Source of the DNA: an uncultured Anaerolineaceae bacterium
Lineage (GTDB): Bacteria > Chloroflexota > Anaerolineae > Anaerolineales > E44-bin32
Direction: 5' to 3'
NCBI GenBank assembly: GCA_964385305.1
Contig: CAYLOP010000001.1
Span: 4,073-68,072 of the forward strand
Length of the DNA stretch: 64,000 bases
Numbering within the stretch: the first letter of the stretch is position 1; each line of letters begins with the position of its first letter. The position numbers and the translations under genes are program-made. A model generated the notes under the pieces. That model had not been told where the DNA came from and searched no databases. It saw nothing but the letters and a program-made list of their open reading frames with translations. This document shows, in pieces, positions 9,280 through 19,599 of this stretch.

Positions 9280-11373
9280 ATGATTCCAGTAGAACTTGAA
9301 TTGAAGAATTTCTTGGCGTATCGAGACCCAGGCTTACTGCGTTTCGAAGGCATGCACATTGCCTGTCTGGCAGGTCCAAATGGTGCGGGAAAATCATCGC
9401 TTTTAGACGCGCTCACCTGGGCGCTGTGGGGGAAAGCGCGCACCAATAGCCCAGATGAGCTCATCCACCAAGGCCAAAAAGAGATGCGCGTCACCCTGAC
9501 CTTCGACCAAGGCGGCTCACTTTACCGGGTGATACGTCAGCGCAAATATGGGAAGCGTGGCGCGTCATTGCTTGAATTACAGGCATGGGATCCACAGGAG
9601 GAGTCTTGGAGGGGCATCTCAGAAGCCAACATGCGCGGGACCCAGCAGAAAATTGAGAATCTCTTGCGCCTGGACTACGAGACGTTTGTCAACTCCGCTT
9701 TTTTGGTGCAAGGGCGAGCGGATGAATTCACGACGAAAACGCCAGGCCAGCGGAAACAGGTCTTGGCAAACATCCTGGGGCTTTCCCGCTGGGAGGTCTA
9801 TGAAAGCCGCACCAAGGAGCGAATCTCCGAAACGAAAGCCGGCATCCAACGGCTGGATGGGCGATTAGAAGAAATCGAGCGCGAACTCGCACAGCGCGAG
9901 TCGCATGAGGGGGAACTAATAGAAGCAGAGGATGGCGCACGTCAGACTTCAGAGGAGCTCCGTTTTGCGGAAGAACGCTGGGCGGATATTAAACAGACGC
10001 GGCAAGAATTGGTATCAGTTCAGCGGCAGATCGATGACCTCACCCGTCAAATCGTTGCTCAGGAGAAAGAAATCCGGGAGACAGAGGGCGAGCTCGAGGC
10101 GACGCAGATACAAGCGAATACAGAAGCCCTTCAAGTTGCCCTGGAAGAGACGCGTCAGGCCCTTTTGGATTTCGAACCAATCCAGAATCGACAGGAAGAA
10201 GTAAACCGGGAGCTTGCTGCCCTTGGCGAGGAGAGTGCCCACCTCGATGGCGTCAATCGGGCCCTTGGCCCCGAGACGGAACCCATGAAGGAACGTATCG
10301 AAATCCTAGAAGCGGCCACCGAGCCCGAATGCCCAACATGTGGTCAAGCTCTGACCGAGGAACACCGAGAGCAGTTGGTTCGGGAATTAAGTGAGGAAGT
10401 TGAAAGCCGACGCGCACAATACCGGGTTAATCGGGAGCGCATCGAGGTTCTTAAAGGCCAAGTCGCTGACCTTGAGAGTGAGCGCAAGGGTCTTGCTGAG
10501 CAATTGAATGCCCGCCCCGCGATGGAGAAGAGGATTGGAGAACTTGAAACCGCCTTAGCCCATGCCGGGCAAGCTGCGGCTCGCGTGGAAAGCCTGACAC
10601 AAAGGCTCGGGCGGTGGAAACAGGACCAGACGGAGAACCAAGAAAAAAGGCATGAGCTTGAGCAGCACGCCGATGAAGCCGAGCGGCAGCTAAGGTCAGC
10701 CTCGCTCACCCAGGCTGATGTGGACAAACTACGTCTGGAGAAACGTCTGGCCGATGAACGCGTGGGCGGCGCGCGCCAGAAATTGGCTGCGTTGGATGCT
10801 TTCGCAGAGATGCGTGCGAAACGGCTGGCCGAACGGGATCACCTCGCGGAGGAGTTGGGTCTGTATCAGGATCTTCGTGAAGCGTTCAGTAAGCGCGGCG
10901 TCCCCGCCATGATTATCGAGACCTCCGTGCCCGAGCTGGAACGCGCTGCCAACGATTTGCTTGCGCGCATGACCGACGGGCGCATGCATGTACGCATTCA
11001 CACACAGCGGGAGATTAAGACGGGCGAGCTTCGTGAAGCTTTAGACATCGTTATTTCCGATGAGTTAGGAAGTCGACCCTACGAGATGTATTCAGGGGGA
11101 GAGGCTTTTCGTATCAATTTTGCCATTCGGATCGCTCTCTCGCGCCTGTTGGCTCGGCGGGCAGGAGCACAGCTGCGCAGCCTATTCATCGATGAGGGTT
11201 TTGGGACACAGGATGCTCGTGGGCGCGAGCATTTGATCGCGGCCATTAACAGCATTCAGGATGACTTCGATCGTATCCTGGTGATCACGCATATCGACGA
11301 ACTCAAAGATGCATTTCCCGCACGCATCGAGATTACGAAAACCTCGCATGGATCGGAGTTTCAGTTGTCCTGA
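9280..11373 (+). CDS. sbcC: Exonuclease SbcCD, ATPase subunit C (Rad50/SMC-like), short coiled coil
   Basis: Walker A GPNGAGKSS, long heptad-rich middle region, zinc hook CPTCGQ, signature YSGGEAFRINF, Walker B LFIDEGFG, H-loop VITHI. The MIPVELELKNF start at 9280 is preferred; 9253 is an alternative. Confidence 0.85.
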   Translation: MIPVELELKNFLAYRDPGLLRFEGMHIACLAGPNGAGKSSLLDALTWALWGKARTNSPDELIHQGQKEMRVTLTFDQGGSLYRVIRQRKYGKRGASLLELQAWDPQEESWRGISEANMRGTQQKIENLLRLDYETFVNSAFLVQGRADEFTTKTPGQRKQVLANILGLSRWEVYESRTKERISETKAGIQRLDGRLEEIERELAQRESHEGELIEAEDGARQTSEELRFAEERWADIKQTRQELVSVQRQIDDLTRQIVAQEKEIRETEGELEATQIQANTEALQVALEETRQALLDFEPIQNRQEEVNRELAALGEESAHLDGVNRALGPETEPMKERIEILEAATEPECPTCGQALTEEHREQLVRELSEEVESRRAQYRVNRERIEVLKGQVADLESERKGLAEQLNARPAMEKRIGELETALAHAGQAAARVESLTQRLGRWKQDQTENQEKRHELEQHADEAERQLRSASLTQADVDKLRLEKRLADERVGGARQKLAALDAFAEMRAKRLAERDHLAEELGLYQDLREAFSKRGVPAMIIETSVPELERAANDLLARMTDGRMHVRIHTQREIKTGELREALDIVISDELGSRPYEMYSGGEAFRINFAIRIALSRLLARRAGAQLRSLFIDEGFGTQDARGREHLIAAINSIQDDFDRILVITHIDELKDAFPARIEITKTSHGSEFQLS

Positions 11374-11553
11374 AATGCGGGTATCGTCTCTTATCATGCA
11401 TATGCCAGAATAAATGATGTTGCAGTCTCCTTTGAAGAGCCATCGTGTTGATGGCGAACGTAATCGAGCAGGAGCGCTCCACAACCGCGATGGTCATCTT
11501 GTGAAAGGGTGACCAGGCTTACTTACCTGCTTGAGATCGAGAGGGTAAGTGGT

Positions 11554-13785
11554 ATGGAAAATCGACCGATTTACCTCGACTATAACGCAACCACGCCCAT
11601 CGACCGTCGTGTGGCGAAGGCCATGGAACCTTACCTGTACGAACACTTCGGGAATCCATCGAGTGTTCATCCCTATGGTGTTCAAGCCCGGCGTGCCGTG
11701 GAGCGCGCTCGCTCGCAACTTGCTTCCCTTCTTGCCTGCTCACCAACCGAGCTTGTGTTTACAGGCGGGGGCAGCGAAGCGAACAATATGGCGATCGTCG
11801 GTGCGGCCATGTTGCGCAAGGAACGGGGGAACCACATCATCACTTCGGCAGTTGAACACCCGGCTGTGCTTGAGCCCTCCCGCCATTTAGAGAGCCGGGG
11901 TTTCCGCCTCACCGTATTGCCAGTAGATGAATACGGCATGGTCGATCCGGACGATGTGCGAAAGGCGATCACAAGAGAGACGATATTGGTAAGCGTAATG
12001 CACGCCAACAATGAGGTGGGGACGATTGAGCCGATCGCGCGGATCGCCGAGATCGCCCATGAGGCTGGTGCGCTGATGCATACGGATGCGGCGCAATCGG
12101 TTGGAAAGATCCCGGTTCATGTCGATGCGCTGGGCGTTGATCTTCTCTCTGTTGCGGGGCATAAGCTGTATGCGCCAAAAGGGATTGGGGCGCTATATAT
12201 TCGATCCGGTGTTGAGGTGGCGAAATTCATCCATGGCGCGGATCATGAGATCAATCGGCGTGCCGGCACAGAGAACGTGCTGGAAATCGTCGGATTGGGA
12301 CATGCCGCCATGTTGGCTGAGGATGAACTCGAAGAAAGTATGTTGCACATGCGTGAAATGCGAGATCGGCTCTGGGAAGGTTTGACGGGTGCTTTGGATA
12401 GCCCTGAAGCGCATAGGTTGAATGGTCATCCGCAGCTTCGATTGCCAAACACGCTCAGCGTCAGTTTTCGTTCGGTTGAAGCGAATACATTACTAGCGGA
12501 GATCAATGAGCGCGTTGCGGCATCAGCAGGCGCCGCATGCCATGCCGAGCATGTCGAGGTCTCTTCTGTGCTCGAGGCGATGAACGTGCCGTTGGAGTAT
12601 GCCATGGGGACGGTGCGTTTTTCCGTTGGGAAGATGACAACTGCGCAGGAGATCGACCAGGCATCGGAAATTATAAGTGCAGCGGTGAAACGATTGCTGC
12701 CGGGAGCCGCTGTAGGCGAAGCTGGGTCTGTCCAAGGTGATGAGATCAAACTGACGCACTACACGCATGGATTGGGATGTGCCTGCAAACTGCGGCCACA
12801 GGCGTTGGAGGCTGTCTTAGCCAAGTTGCCCAAACCTACCGACCCTGCGATTCTGGTGGACATTTCCACATCCGACGACGCTGCGGTATATAAATTACGT
12901 GAGGATCTAGCAGTCGTCGCAACGGTGGATTTTTTCACGCCCATCGCTGATGATCCGTATGATTTTGGCGCGATTTCGGCGGCCAATTCCCTGAGCGATA
13001 TCTATGCTATGGGTGCGAAGCCGCTTTTTGCCCTCAACATCGTCGGTTTCCCGACCAACCGATTGCCCTTAGAAGTTCTTGAACGCATCTTGCAGGGCGC
13101 GGTAGATAAAGCGTGTGAAGCTGGGATCAGTATTATCGGTGGTCACACCGTCGACGATACCGAGCCCAAGTTTGGGATGGCTGTGACAGGGGTCGTGCAT
13201 CCGGATCGCGTGGTCACAAATGCAGCAGCACAGCCCGGGGACCATCTCCTGCTCACGAAGCCCATTGGGACGGGCATCATCGCTACGGCCATCAAACGCG
13301 GACTTGTGGATGAGATCACGACGCGAGAGGTGATCGACTGGATGGCGAAGCTCAATCGATCCGCATCCGAGGCGATGGTTGAGGTGGGAGTCTCGGCGTG
13401 CACGGATGTAACGGGTTTTGGTCTGTTGGGGCATCTGCGCGAAATGACGGCGGGCGCAGGTCTGGACGCTGAGCTTTTTGTGGACCGGGTTCCTGTGCTT
13501 GAGGCGGCTTGGGAATATATTTCTGCAAATGTTATCCCCGGCGGCACACGGGACAACCTGGCGTATGTCGAACCCTATGTTCAATGGGGGGATGGTATCT
13601 CGGAGCACCATAAGTTAATCCTGGCAGATGCACAGACATCCGGTGGACTGCTTGTCGCCATAGATCCGGAAAAAGTGTCCGTCTTCCAAGAAGCGCTCCA
13701 GAGAATGGGGGTAGAGATTCGGACAGACATCGGATGCTTCACACGCCCTGGTGCAGGCGAGATCCGCGTCCTTCGTTCGGAGTGA
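11554..13785 (+). CDS. selD: Fusion protein: NifS/IscS-like cysteine (selenocysteine) desulfurase + selenide, water dikinase (SelD, Cys type)
   Basis: The N-terminal ~390 aa form a class-V aminotransferase, with PLP Lys in SVAGHKLYAPKG and active-site Cys in SAGAACHAE. The C-terminal ~345 aa are SelD, with THGLGCACK (Cys TGT at 12778-12780; Lys) and PurM-like AIR-synthase repeats. RBS GAGGG lies before the ATG at 11554. Confidence 0.85.
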   Translation: MENRPIYLDYNATTPIDRRVAKAMEPYLYEHFGNPSSVHPYGVQARRAVERARSQLASLLACSPTELVFTGGGSEANNMAIVGAAMLRKERGNHIITSAVEHPAVLEPSRHLESRGFRLTVLPVDEYGMVDPDDVRKAITRETILVSVMHANNEVGTIEPIARIAEIAHEAGALMHTDAAQSVGKIPVHVDALGVDLLSVAGHKLYAPKGIGALYIRSGVEVAKFIHGADHEINRRAGTENVLEIVGLGHAAMLAEDELEESMLHMREMRDRLWEGLTGALDSPEAHRLNGHPQLRLPNTLSVSFRSVEANTLLAEINERVAASAGAACHAEHVEVSSVLEAMNVPLEYAMGTVRFSVGKMTTAQEIDQASEIISAAVKRLLPGAAVGEAGSVQGDEIKLTHYTHGLGCACKLRPQALEAVLAKLPKPTDPAILVDISTSDDAAVYKLREDLAVVATVDFFTPIADDPYDFGAISAANSLSDIYAMGAKPLFALNIVGFPTNRLPLEVLERILQGAVDKACEAGISIIGGHTVDDTEPKFGMAVTGVVHPDRVVTNAAAQPGDHLLLTKPIGTGIIATAIKRGLVDEITTREVIDWMAKLNRSASEAMVEVGVSACTDVTGFGLLGHLREMTAGAGLDAELFVDRVPVLEAAWEYISANVIPGGTRDNLAYVEPYVQWGDGISEHHKLILADAQTSGGLLVAIDPEKVSVFQEALQRMGVEIRTDIGCFTRPGAGEIRVLRSE

Positions 13786-13957
13786 CCTCGAGAGATTTCC
13801 TCGACTTCTGGATCAACCCTTCTGAAACCGGGCCATCCCTGTGAGAGTATCCCAGTTTGGGCTGGCAGCTTCCTTTCCTTCTGAAGAGCTTAATTCCATT
13901 GGAAGTTGCATCTATGTGGAAAACAAGCGGCGTATATATTTGAAGGAAGGGGCAATA

Positions 13958-16900
13958 TTAAGGGCTATTGTCTTCTATACAAGATACGGGAAGCCAGACG
14001 GAAAACCGTGACCCATGTCCCGGTGCGCCATCGCTCTCGACGCTGATCTTGCCGTGATGTCGTTCAATAATTTCCTTGCAGATGGCTAAACCAAGACCCG
14101 TACCGGCGGCGCCGGTCGTTTGGCTAGCCGATCCACGGAAGAAACGATGGAAAATCATGTTGATTTCATCATGAGGGATCCCCAACCCTGTATCAACGAC
14201 CTCAATGATGATCCATTTTTCATCTTCAATAGTTTCCTCGTGCGTACATAGCGCGATCTCTCCGCCCGCAGGTGTGTAGTTCATGGCATTGGTGAGCAGG
14301 TTTGTGAATACCTGTGTGAGAAGTCGCTCGTCGCCATAGATGTCGGGTAAATCAGCTTGAGGTTTGGTGACGAGGCTCAGCCCCCGCTCAGCAGCAAGTG
14401 TGCTTCGGTCTTCTGCCAATCCCCCCAAAAGGTCATTGATGTTGATTTGGGAGGGTACAAAAGGAACCGCTTCCGCATCTAAACGGGAGAGTGAGAGTAA
14501 ATCATCAATCAAGTTAGCAAGACGGTCGCTTTCGCGTGAAAGTGTTTTTAGGTAGCGTAAACGTTTCCCTTGGTCACCTGGTGTCCTTGCCAATAGGTCC
14601 AGGTAAAGACGGATATTCGTAAGCGGGGTGCGTAGTTCATGGGAGACATCGGACACAAACTGAGACTTTAGCCTATCGAGCGCTTTCAGCGCGCTGATGT
14701 CGTGCAATACACCCACAAAGACGATCACCTCCCCGATTTCATCAACGACTGGCGTGATCGTTGCAGCTGCGTCATAGAGGGTGCCGTCTTTGCGAAGATT
14801 CACAACCTCCCCGCGCCAGGGTCGACCTTCTTTGATGGCGGTCCACATCTCGGAGTAAAACTCCTCAGAGTGTTCACCGCTTTGAAGGATATTGGAGGTT
14901 TTACCAAGTGCCTCATCGGCGGTGTAGCTGGTGAGTCGCTCCCAACCGGGGTTGACGTATTCAATGACTCCTTCCGGGTCGGTGACCATTACAGCATCGC
15001 CGATATTGGTGAGCAATGCATCCAAGCGATCACGTTCCGTTTGCAACTCGCTCTCGAGTTCTTTTAACTTCGAGATGTCGCTCACAAGGCCGCTCAAACC
15101 TTGAGGGTACCCTTCTTCATCTGTGATCAAGCTGGTGGCGAGGAGGGCTTGCGTGCGACGATTGTTCTTCGCGCGCAATTCGATCTCTTGGACTTCCTTT
15201 GTTGGGCCATCGCCGCGCATACGGGCGAAAAAGCTGTCAATGAGCCAGGTAAGATCCCTTGGTAGAAATTCACTTAATGGGTTTCCGATGAGAACTTCGG
15301 GTTGATATTCCAAAATCTCCGCCATTGCCTGGTTTACATATTGAATCTCCCCATTGCAATCGATTTGAAAGATCCCGGCTAGCGCTGTCTCCACCAAGGC
15401 GCGATAGCGTGCCTCGGATAACGAGAGATCACGGGTTCTCTCCGCGACTTCGATCTCAAGGTGCTGTGCTTGGCTGGCAATTTGACTGAAAAGATGTGCG
15501 TTCTCGAGTGTAACGGCAGCCTGCGCAGCAAAGGCAGCCAATAATTCAAGGTCGGAGGAGAAGAAAGGCCGTTCCAGGCCGGTGCGTTGGACGGTCATCA
15601 CGCCCAGAGTCCGTTGCCGAACATTGAGCGGCGCCAGGGCCAGACATTCCGGTTCGTCTTCGAGTGTTCCAGGAATAGTCATTCCTCTGGGATCCGAAGC
15701 AGCATCGTTGGCAATGATAGGTTGTCCATGATCGATCACGTAGCCTGCGAGACCTTGGCCGGATCGCATTTTCATAGCCATTACGGCATCAGAGTGTGGG
15801 CCGATCGCAACCACACACCGCGGGAGTTCTGAGTCGGGTTCGAGAAGGTGGATACGGCTCGCATCGGATCGCAAGAGGTTTTTAGCCTGCTCCGCGATGA
15901 GTTGGAGCACTGTTTCCTGATCGAGCGAGGCTGATATCGAGCGTGCCGTGTGGATGAGTGCCTGGGATTCTTCGGCGCGCCGCTTTGCATCGGTGTATAA
16001 ACGAGCGTTTTCGATAGCGATCGCTGCCATACTGGCAATCGCTTGCGCTAATTCAACTTGCTCGGGAGTGAATAAGCGATCTCGGGTCTTGATGAATAAT
16101 TCCATGCCGCCGATCGCTCGATCGCCTGCGATCAATGGTACACCGATAAGAGCCTGGAGACCTGCTTGTATCCATAAAGGATCGGCGTCGGGATGATTGG
16201 GATAATCATCAACCTGGATGGGGCTGCGGGTCTTGACTACTTGCCATGTCAGACCTCGGTCGCGATGGGTAAGGGAGGCGTGCAAGTATCCCGGGAGTTC
16301 GTAGAGGTAGGGGAAAGCAATCGTCTCACCATCCGGCTCGATCAAGCCGATCGCACCGGCATCGGCTCCCGTGACCTCTGCCGCTATTTGAATCACGCTT
16401 TCGAGCACAACACGAAGGTCGAGGGCGTTGGATATGGTGCTGGCGACTTGGTTGCGTAGTTTCTCGCGGCTCAATGCGGTCTGAATGTTTTCGCGAGCGC
16501 GGACATGGCCGAGAGAGACGGAAATATGATCGGCCAGCGCTGCAACCATGGCTGTGTCCGCCGGCTCTAGCCACGGCGCGCTGACCGAGATCGTTCCGAT
16601 GGGTTGATCCACGAGAACCAGGGGGGCGATGATTGTGGCGGAGCCACCAATGATATGCATGATGCGCGGAAGCAGTGGCTTTAAGGTTTCCGGCATCATC
16701 TGCCCCACCACTTGAGAGCGATCGTTTGTGAAGACGGCTTCGGAGGAGGTTAACGCCCGGTGATAGGCTTCTACTTTTTTTGGATCAAATGTGTATCCGT
16801 GGATCTCCAGTCCGCTAAGTCGTTCGAGTGTCCTGAGGACCGATTTACTAAGGGATGGGGATTGCACTTGCAGGAGGCCGTCATTCGTCAGCAGAGCAAC

Positions 16901-17047
16901 ACTGCCTCGCAAACTTATACGTTGCAGTTCTTCAGACACAGCACGGATAACATCCTGCTCGCTAGAGGCTGCTTTACGGGCGACACCACCTGCAGCGTGA
17001 AATGCGGATGCCCAGATAGTTTCAATCTTCGGTCGTCGACGAATCAT
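13958..17047 (-). CDS. Cytoplasmic multi-GAF / PAS sensor histidine kinase
   Basis: No TM segments. Repeated GAF-like blocks, two PAS-like blocks, HisKA H-box SHELRTPL, and HATPase_c N/G boxes (NLLTNAMNY, DTGLGIP, GTGLGLAI). Confidence 0.9.
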   Translation of the reverse strand: MIRRRPKIETIWASAFHAAGGVARKAASSEQDVIRAVSEELQRISLRGSVALLTNDGLLQVQSPSLSKSVLRTLERLSGLEIHGYTFDPKKVEAYHRALTSSEAVFTNDRSQVVGQMMPETLKPLLPRIMHIIGGSATIIAPLVLVDQPIGTISVSAPWLEPADTAMVAALADHISVSLGHVRARENIQTALSREKLRNQVASTISNALDLRVVLESVIQIAAEVTGADAGAIGLIEPDGETIAFPYLYELPGYLHASLTHRDRGLTWQVVKTRSPIQVDDYPNHPDADPLWIQAGLQALIGVPLIAGDRAIGGMELFIKTRDRLFTPEQVELAQAIASMAAIAIENARLYTDAKRRAEESQALIHTARSISASLDQETVLQLIAEQAKNLLRSDASRIHLLEPDSELPRCVVAIGPHSDAVMAMKMRSGQGLAGYVIDHGQPIIANDAASDPRGMTIPGTLEDEPECLALAPLNVRQRTLGVMTVQRTGLERPFFSSDLELLAAFAAQAAVTLENAHLFSQIASQAQHLEIEVAERTRDLSLSEARYRALVETALAGIFQIDCNGEIQYVNQAMAEILEYQPEVLIGNPLSEFLPRDLTWLIDSFFARMRGDGPTKEVQEIELRAKNNRRTQALLATSLITDEEGYPQGLSGLVSDISKLKELESELQTERDRLDALLTNIGDAVMVTDPEGVIEYVNPGWERLTSYTADEALGKTSNILQSGEHSEEFYSEMWTAIKEGRPWRGEVVNLRKDGTLYDAAATITPVVDEIGEVIVFVGVLHDISALKALDRLKSQFVSDVSHELRTPLTNIRLYLDLLARTPGDQGKRLRYLKTLSRESDRLANLIDDLLSLSRLDAEAVPFVPSQININDLLGGLAEDRSTLAAERGLSLVTKPQADLPDIYGDERLLTQVFTNLLTNAMNYTPAGGEIALCTHEETIEDEKWIIIEVVDTGLGIPHDEINMIFHRFFRGSASQTTGAAGTGLGLAICKEIIERHHGKISVESDGAPGHGSRFSVWLPVSCIEDNSP

Positions 17048-17293
17048 GTTCGCTACTACTTACCTACCCATGCTCGTATCAGATTTGGTGCGACAGGCTT
17101 AGTGTATCACGACTTGTGTTTGCAGACATCGAGATCAGAAATGGCTGGCGCATAGTAATCTGCGAAGCACCCTTCGGGATGGTTAAGTTCATCTCAATCC
17201 TCGGTGGATTGTGTAGAACATGGTGTGAATCTTTACGTACCACAACAGCGTGGGTAGACTCTGGAATATCGTGTATGAAATGGAGGCCAGTTT

Positions 17294-18298
17294 ATGTCGT
17301 TATTGGCAAATTGGCGGGAGGTTCTTGAAACTGTAAATCTGTCACCCGAAAGAGAGATGGATCGGGTAAGCCGATGGTTGATTATCACTCGCGCAGCCGT
17401 GTTTACTATGACCATCACCTCGGGGTTGATCGGCGGACTGCTGGCAGCTGCACTGGCCGAGAATCCGAATTGGCTGCGCTTTGCACTTGCTGTGATTGGA
17501 CTCACACTCGCTCATGCGGCCAACAACATGACCAATGACTACTTCGACCTTGAGGGGGGTGTTGACACCGACGAGTACGCACGGGCTCAATACGCGCCGC
17601 ACCCTGTGCTTAGCGGGATGATTTCCAAGCGAGCGTTAATGACGGCCATCGTGTTCGTCAACCTTCTTGATGCATTTATCATGCTTTATTTCATCCTGCA
17701 GACTGGCTGGCAAGTCATCATCTTCGCGCTTGCGGGGCTCTTCATCAGCGTGTTTTATGTGGCGCCCCCCATCAGGCTGAAACACATCGGATTAGGTGAG
17801 CTCGGGGTTTTCCTGGTTTGGGGTCCGCTCATGATTGGGGGAACGTACTATGTCACGGCGGGAGCGATGCCGCCGATCGGAGTGTGGCTGGCATGTGTGC
17901 CCTATGCACTGATTGTGACGACGGTCTTGATCGGTAAACATATCGATAAACACGACGCCGACCAAGCTAAAGGCATTCACACCTTGCCCGTGGTGATCGG
18001 CGAGCGTGTCTCATTGTGGCTCAATATGGCGCTCATGGTGGTGTTGTATTACCTTGTTGTCCTAACACTGGTGATCACCGAGGTCGTAGGCCCATGGGTC
18101 TTGTTGGTCGTCTTGGCACTTCCCCGGCTGGCGCGCGTAATCAAGATTTATTTAGCGCCACCCCCGAGTGAGCCGCCGCCGGGTTATCCTGTGTGGCCGC
18201 TTTGGTATGTCTCGGCAGCGTTTTACCATAATAAACTAGCGGGTGGGTTGTTTGTGCTCGGGCTGATTTTGAACCTCGTTCCATTCTTGGCGCTCTAA
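17294..18298 (+). CDS. UbiA family prenyltransferase (MenA-like)
   Basis: 8-9 TM helices, with the Asp-rich motif NNMTNDYFDLEGGVD and a second motif GKHIDKHDAD. Confidence 0.8.
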   Translation: MSLLANWREVLETVNLSPEREMDRVSRWLIITRAAVFTMTITSGLIGGLLAAALAENPNWLRFALAVIGLTLAHAANNMTNDYFDLEGGVDTDEYARAQYAPHPVLSGMISKRALMTAIVFVNLLDAFIMLYFILQTGWQVIIFALAGLFISVFYVAPPIRLKHIGLGELGVFLVWGPLMIGGTYYVTAGAMPPIGVWLACVPYALIVTTVLIGKHIDKHDADQAKGIHTLPVVIGERVSLWLNMALMVVLYYLVVLTLVITEVVGPWVLLVVLALPRLARVIKIYLAPPPSEPPPGYPVWPLWYVSAAFYHNKLAGGLFVLGLILNLVPFLAL

Positions 18299-18398
18299 GG
18301 GAAATTGCACGCGTCGAAATATGGGCGGTGTGCAAGAGCAGAGATCGTGTAAGATCCGTGGCGTCGAGTTGTACCACGGGCCTTGTGTTTTTTGGATG

Positions 18399-19385
18399 TT
18401 ATTTCTGACTCATCAATAACCGGACATACTGCGCTCGTTCAAACGCGAAAGGATCCTCGACTTTCATTTGACTTGTTTTTCCCCGGAACGCGTCGAGATT
18501 CGCGTAATCATGTTCCCCCATCCAGCCCTCTAGCTCACGGAGCATGGTCGAGACGAAGGGGATGCCTTGTTGGAGAAGAGCCGAGGCGGTTTGGACAACG
18601 GTAGCGCCTGCGAGAATCGCTTTTGCGACGTCCAATCCGGAGTGGACGCCGGTATTGAGGGCTAAGTCGCTCGTGACTCGACCGTGGAGAAGGGCAACCC
18701 AGCGTAGAGGAAGCTTGATTTCGCTGGGTGTGCTGTAAGCCATCTCGTGGATTAAGCTCTCGGAGATTGGATCGATATCCGGTTGTAGGAAGCGGTTAAA
18801 CAAGACAAGCGCAGCGACGCCTCGCTTATCCAACTCGGCGGCCACGTTTGCCGTTGAGGTATAAAAGGGACTGAGCTTTACGGCAATAGGGATCTGGACC
18901 TCACCCATGACCGCTTCTACCGTGTCGTATAGCGACCGCTCAATTTCAGCTCCGGGCTTTTGCAGATTCGTTGCAACGGCGTATAGGTTGAGTTCTAGCC
19001 CGTCGACGCCAGTGTCCTCCAACTGTTTCGCGTAGCGAGTCCATGCGCCCGGGGTTATCGCATTTAAGCTGGCGATCAAGGGTATACTAACCTCTGCGCG
19101 GGTCTTCTCCACCCACATTAAATGTTCGCTGGCGTCTCCGTGGGAAAGCTGTGGGAAATAGGAGAGCGCCTCAGGGAAAATATCGCCGCCTACTGAGAGA
19201 TCCTCCTCCATTTGCAGGGCGTCGAAGAGAATTTGTTCTTCGAATAGCGAGCGAATCACCAATGCGCCCGCGCCGGCACCCTCAGCTGCCTTGATCCTGT
19301 CGATCATACTGGAGATCGACGATGCGGCGACAACGACAGGCGTCTTTAGAGAGATGCCCATGTACGAGGTTTTTAGGTCGGTCAT
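18399..19385 (-). CDS. Dihydroorotate dehydrogenase-like (class 1 PyrD fold) protein
   Basis: TIM-barrel flavoenzyme pattern: MGISLKTPVVVAASSIS..., DGLELNLY, and C-terminal GATVVQTASAL. Divergent from the PFOR gene. Confidence 0.75.
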   Translation of the reverse strand: MTDLKTSYMGISLKTPVVVAASSISSMIDRIKAAEGAGAGALVIRSLFEEQILFDALQMEEDLSVGGDIFPEALSYFPQLSHGDASEHLMWVEKTRAEVSIPLIASLNAITPGAWTRYAKQLEDTGVDGLELNLYAVATNLQKPGAEIERSLYDTVEAVMGEVQIPIAVKLSPFYTSTANVAAELDKRGVAALVLFNRFLQPDIDPISESLIHEMAYSTPSEIKLPLRWVALLHGRVTSDLALNTGVHSGLDVAKAILAGATVVQTASALLQQGIPFVSTMLRELEGWMGEHDYANLDAFRGKTSQMKVEDPFAFERAQYVRLLMSQK

Positions 19386-19599
19386 GATGCCTCCTTTGGC
19401 AAAGTAAGCAGTGTTAAAAGAATATCAAAAAAGCGCCCTAAATGCTAAAGAAAAGTGATAGGTGTCCTCCGCTTTACAATGCACTTTTACACTGTTGAAA
19501 AAGGTGGATGAGGGCTAACGTTATAATGGATTTTTATTTGTAAATTCGATGTTCCAGACCTGAACCATCCAACTCGGGTTCGGCTGAAAGGAGAATTGT

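Noticed and set aside
7998-11373. Mre11/Rad50-like pair considered as an anti-phage defence module (SMC-type)
   Set aside because: The motif set and two-gene layout are those of canonical SbcCD. No extra effector, kleisin-like or Toprim partner genes are adjacent. The flanks are housekeeping genes.
12778-12786. Possible selenocysteine (TGA) at the SelD active site
   Set aside because: The codon is TGT (Cys) in GLGCACK, and there is no in-frame TGA in the ORF. It is a Cys-type SelD.
19386-19599. AT-rich divergent region with TTGAAA (19495-19500) and TATAAT (19521-19526) as a PFOR promoter
   Set aside because: The spacer is 20 nt, outside the normal 16-19 nt range. A promoter is surely somewhere here, but I cannot place it with confidence.
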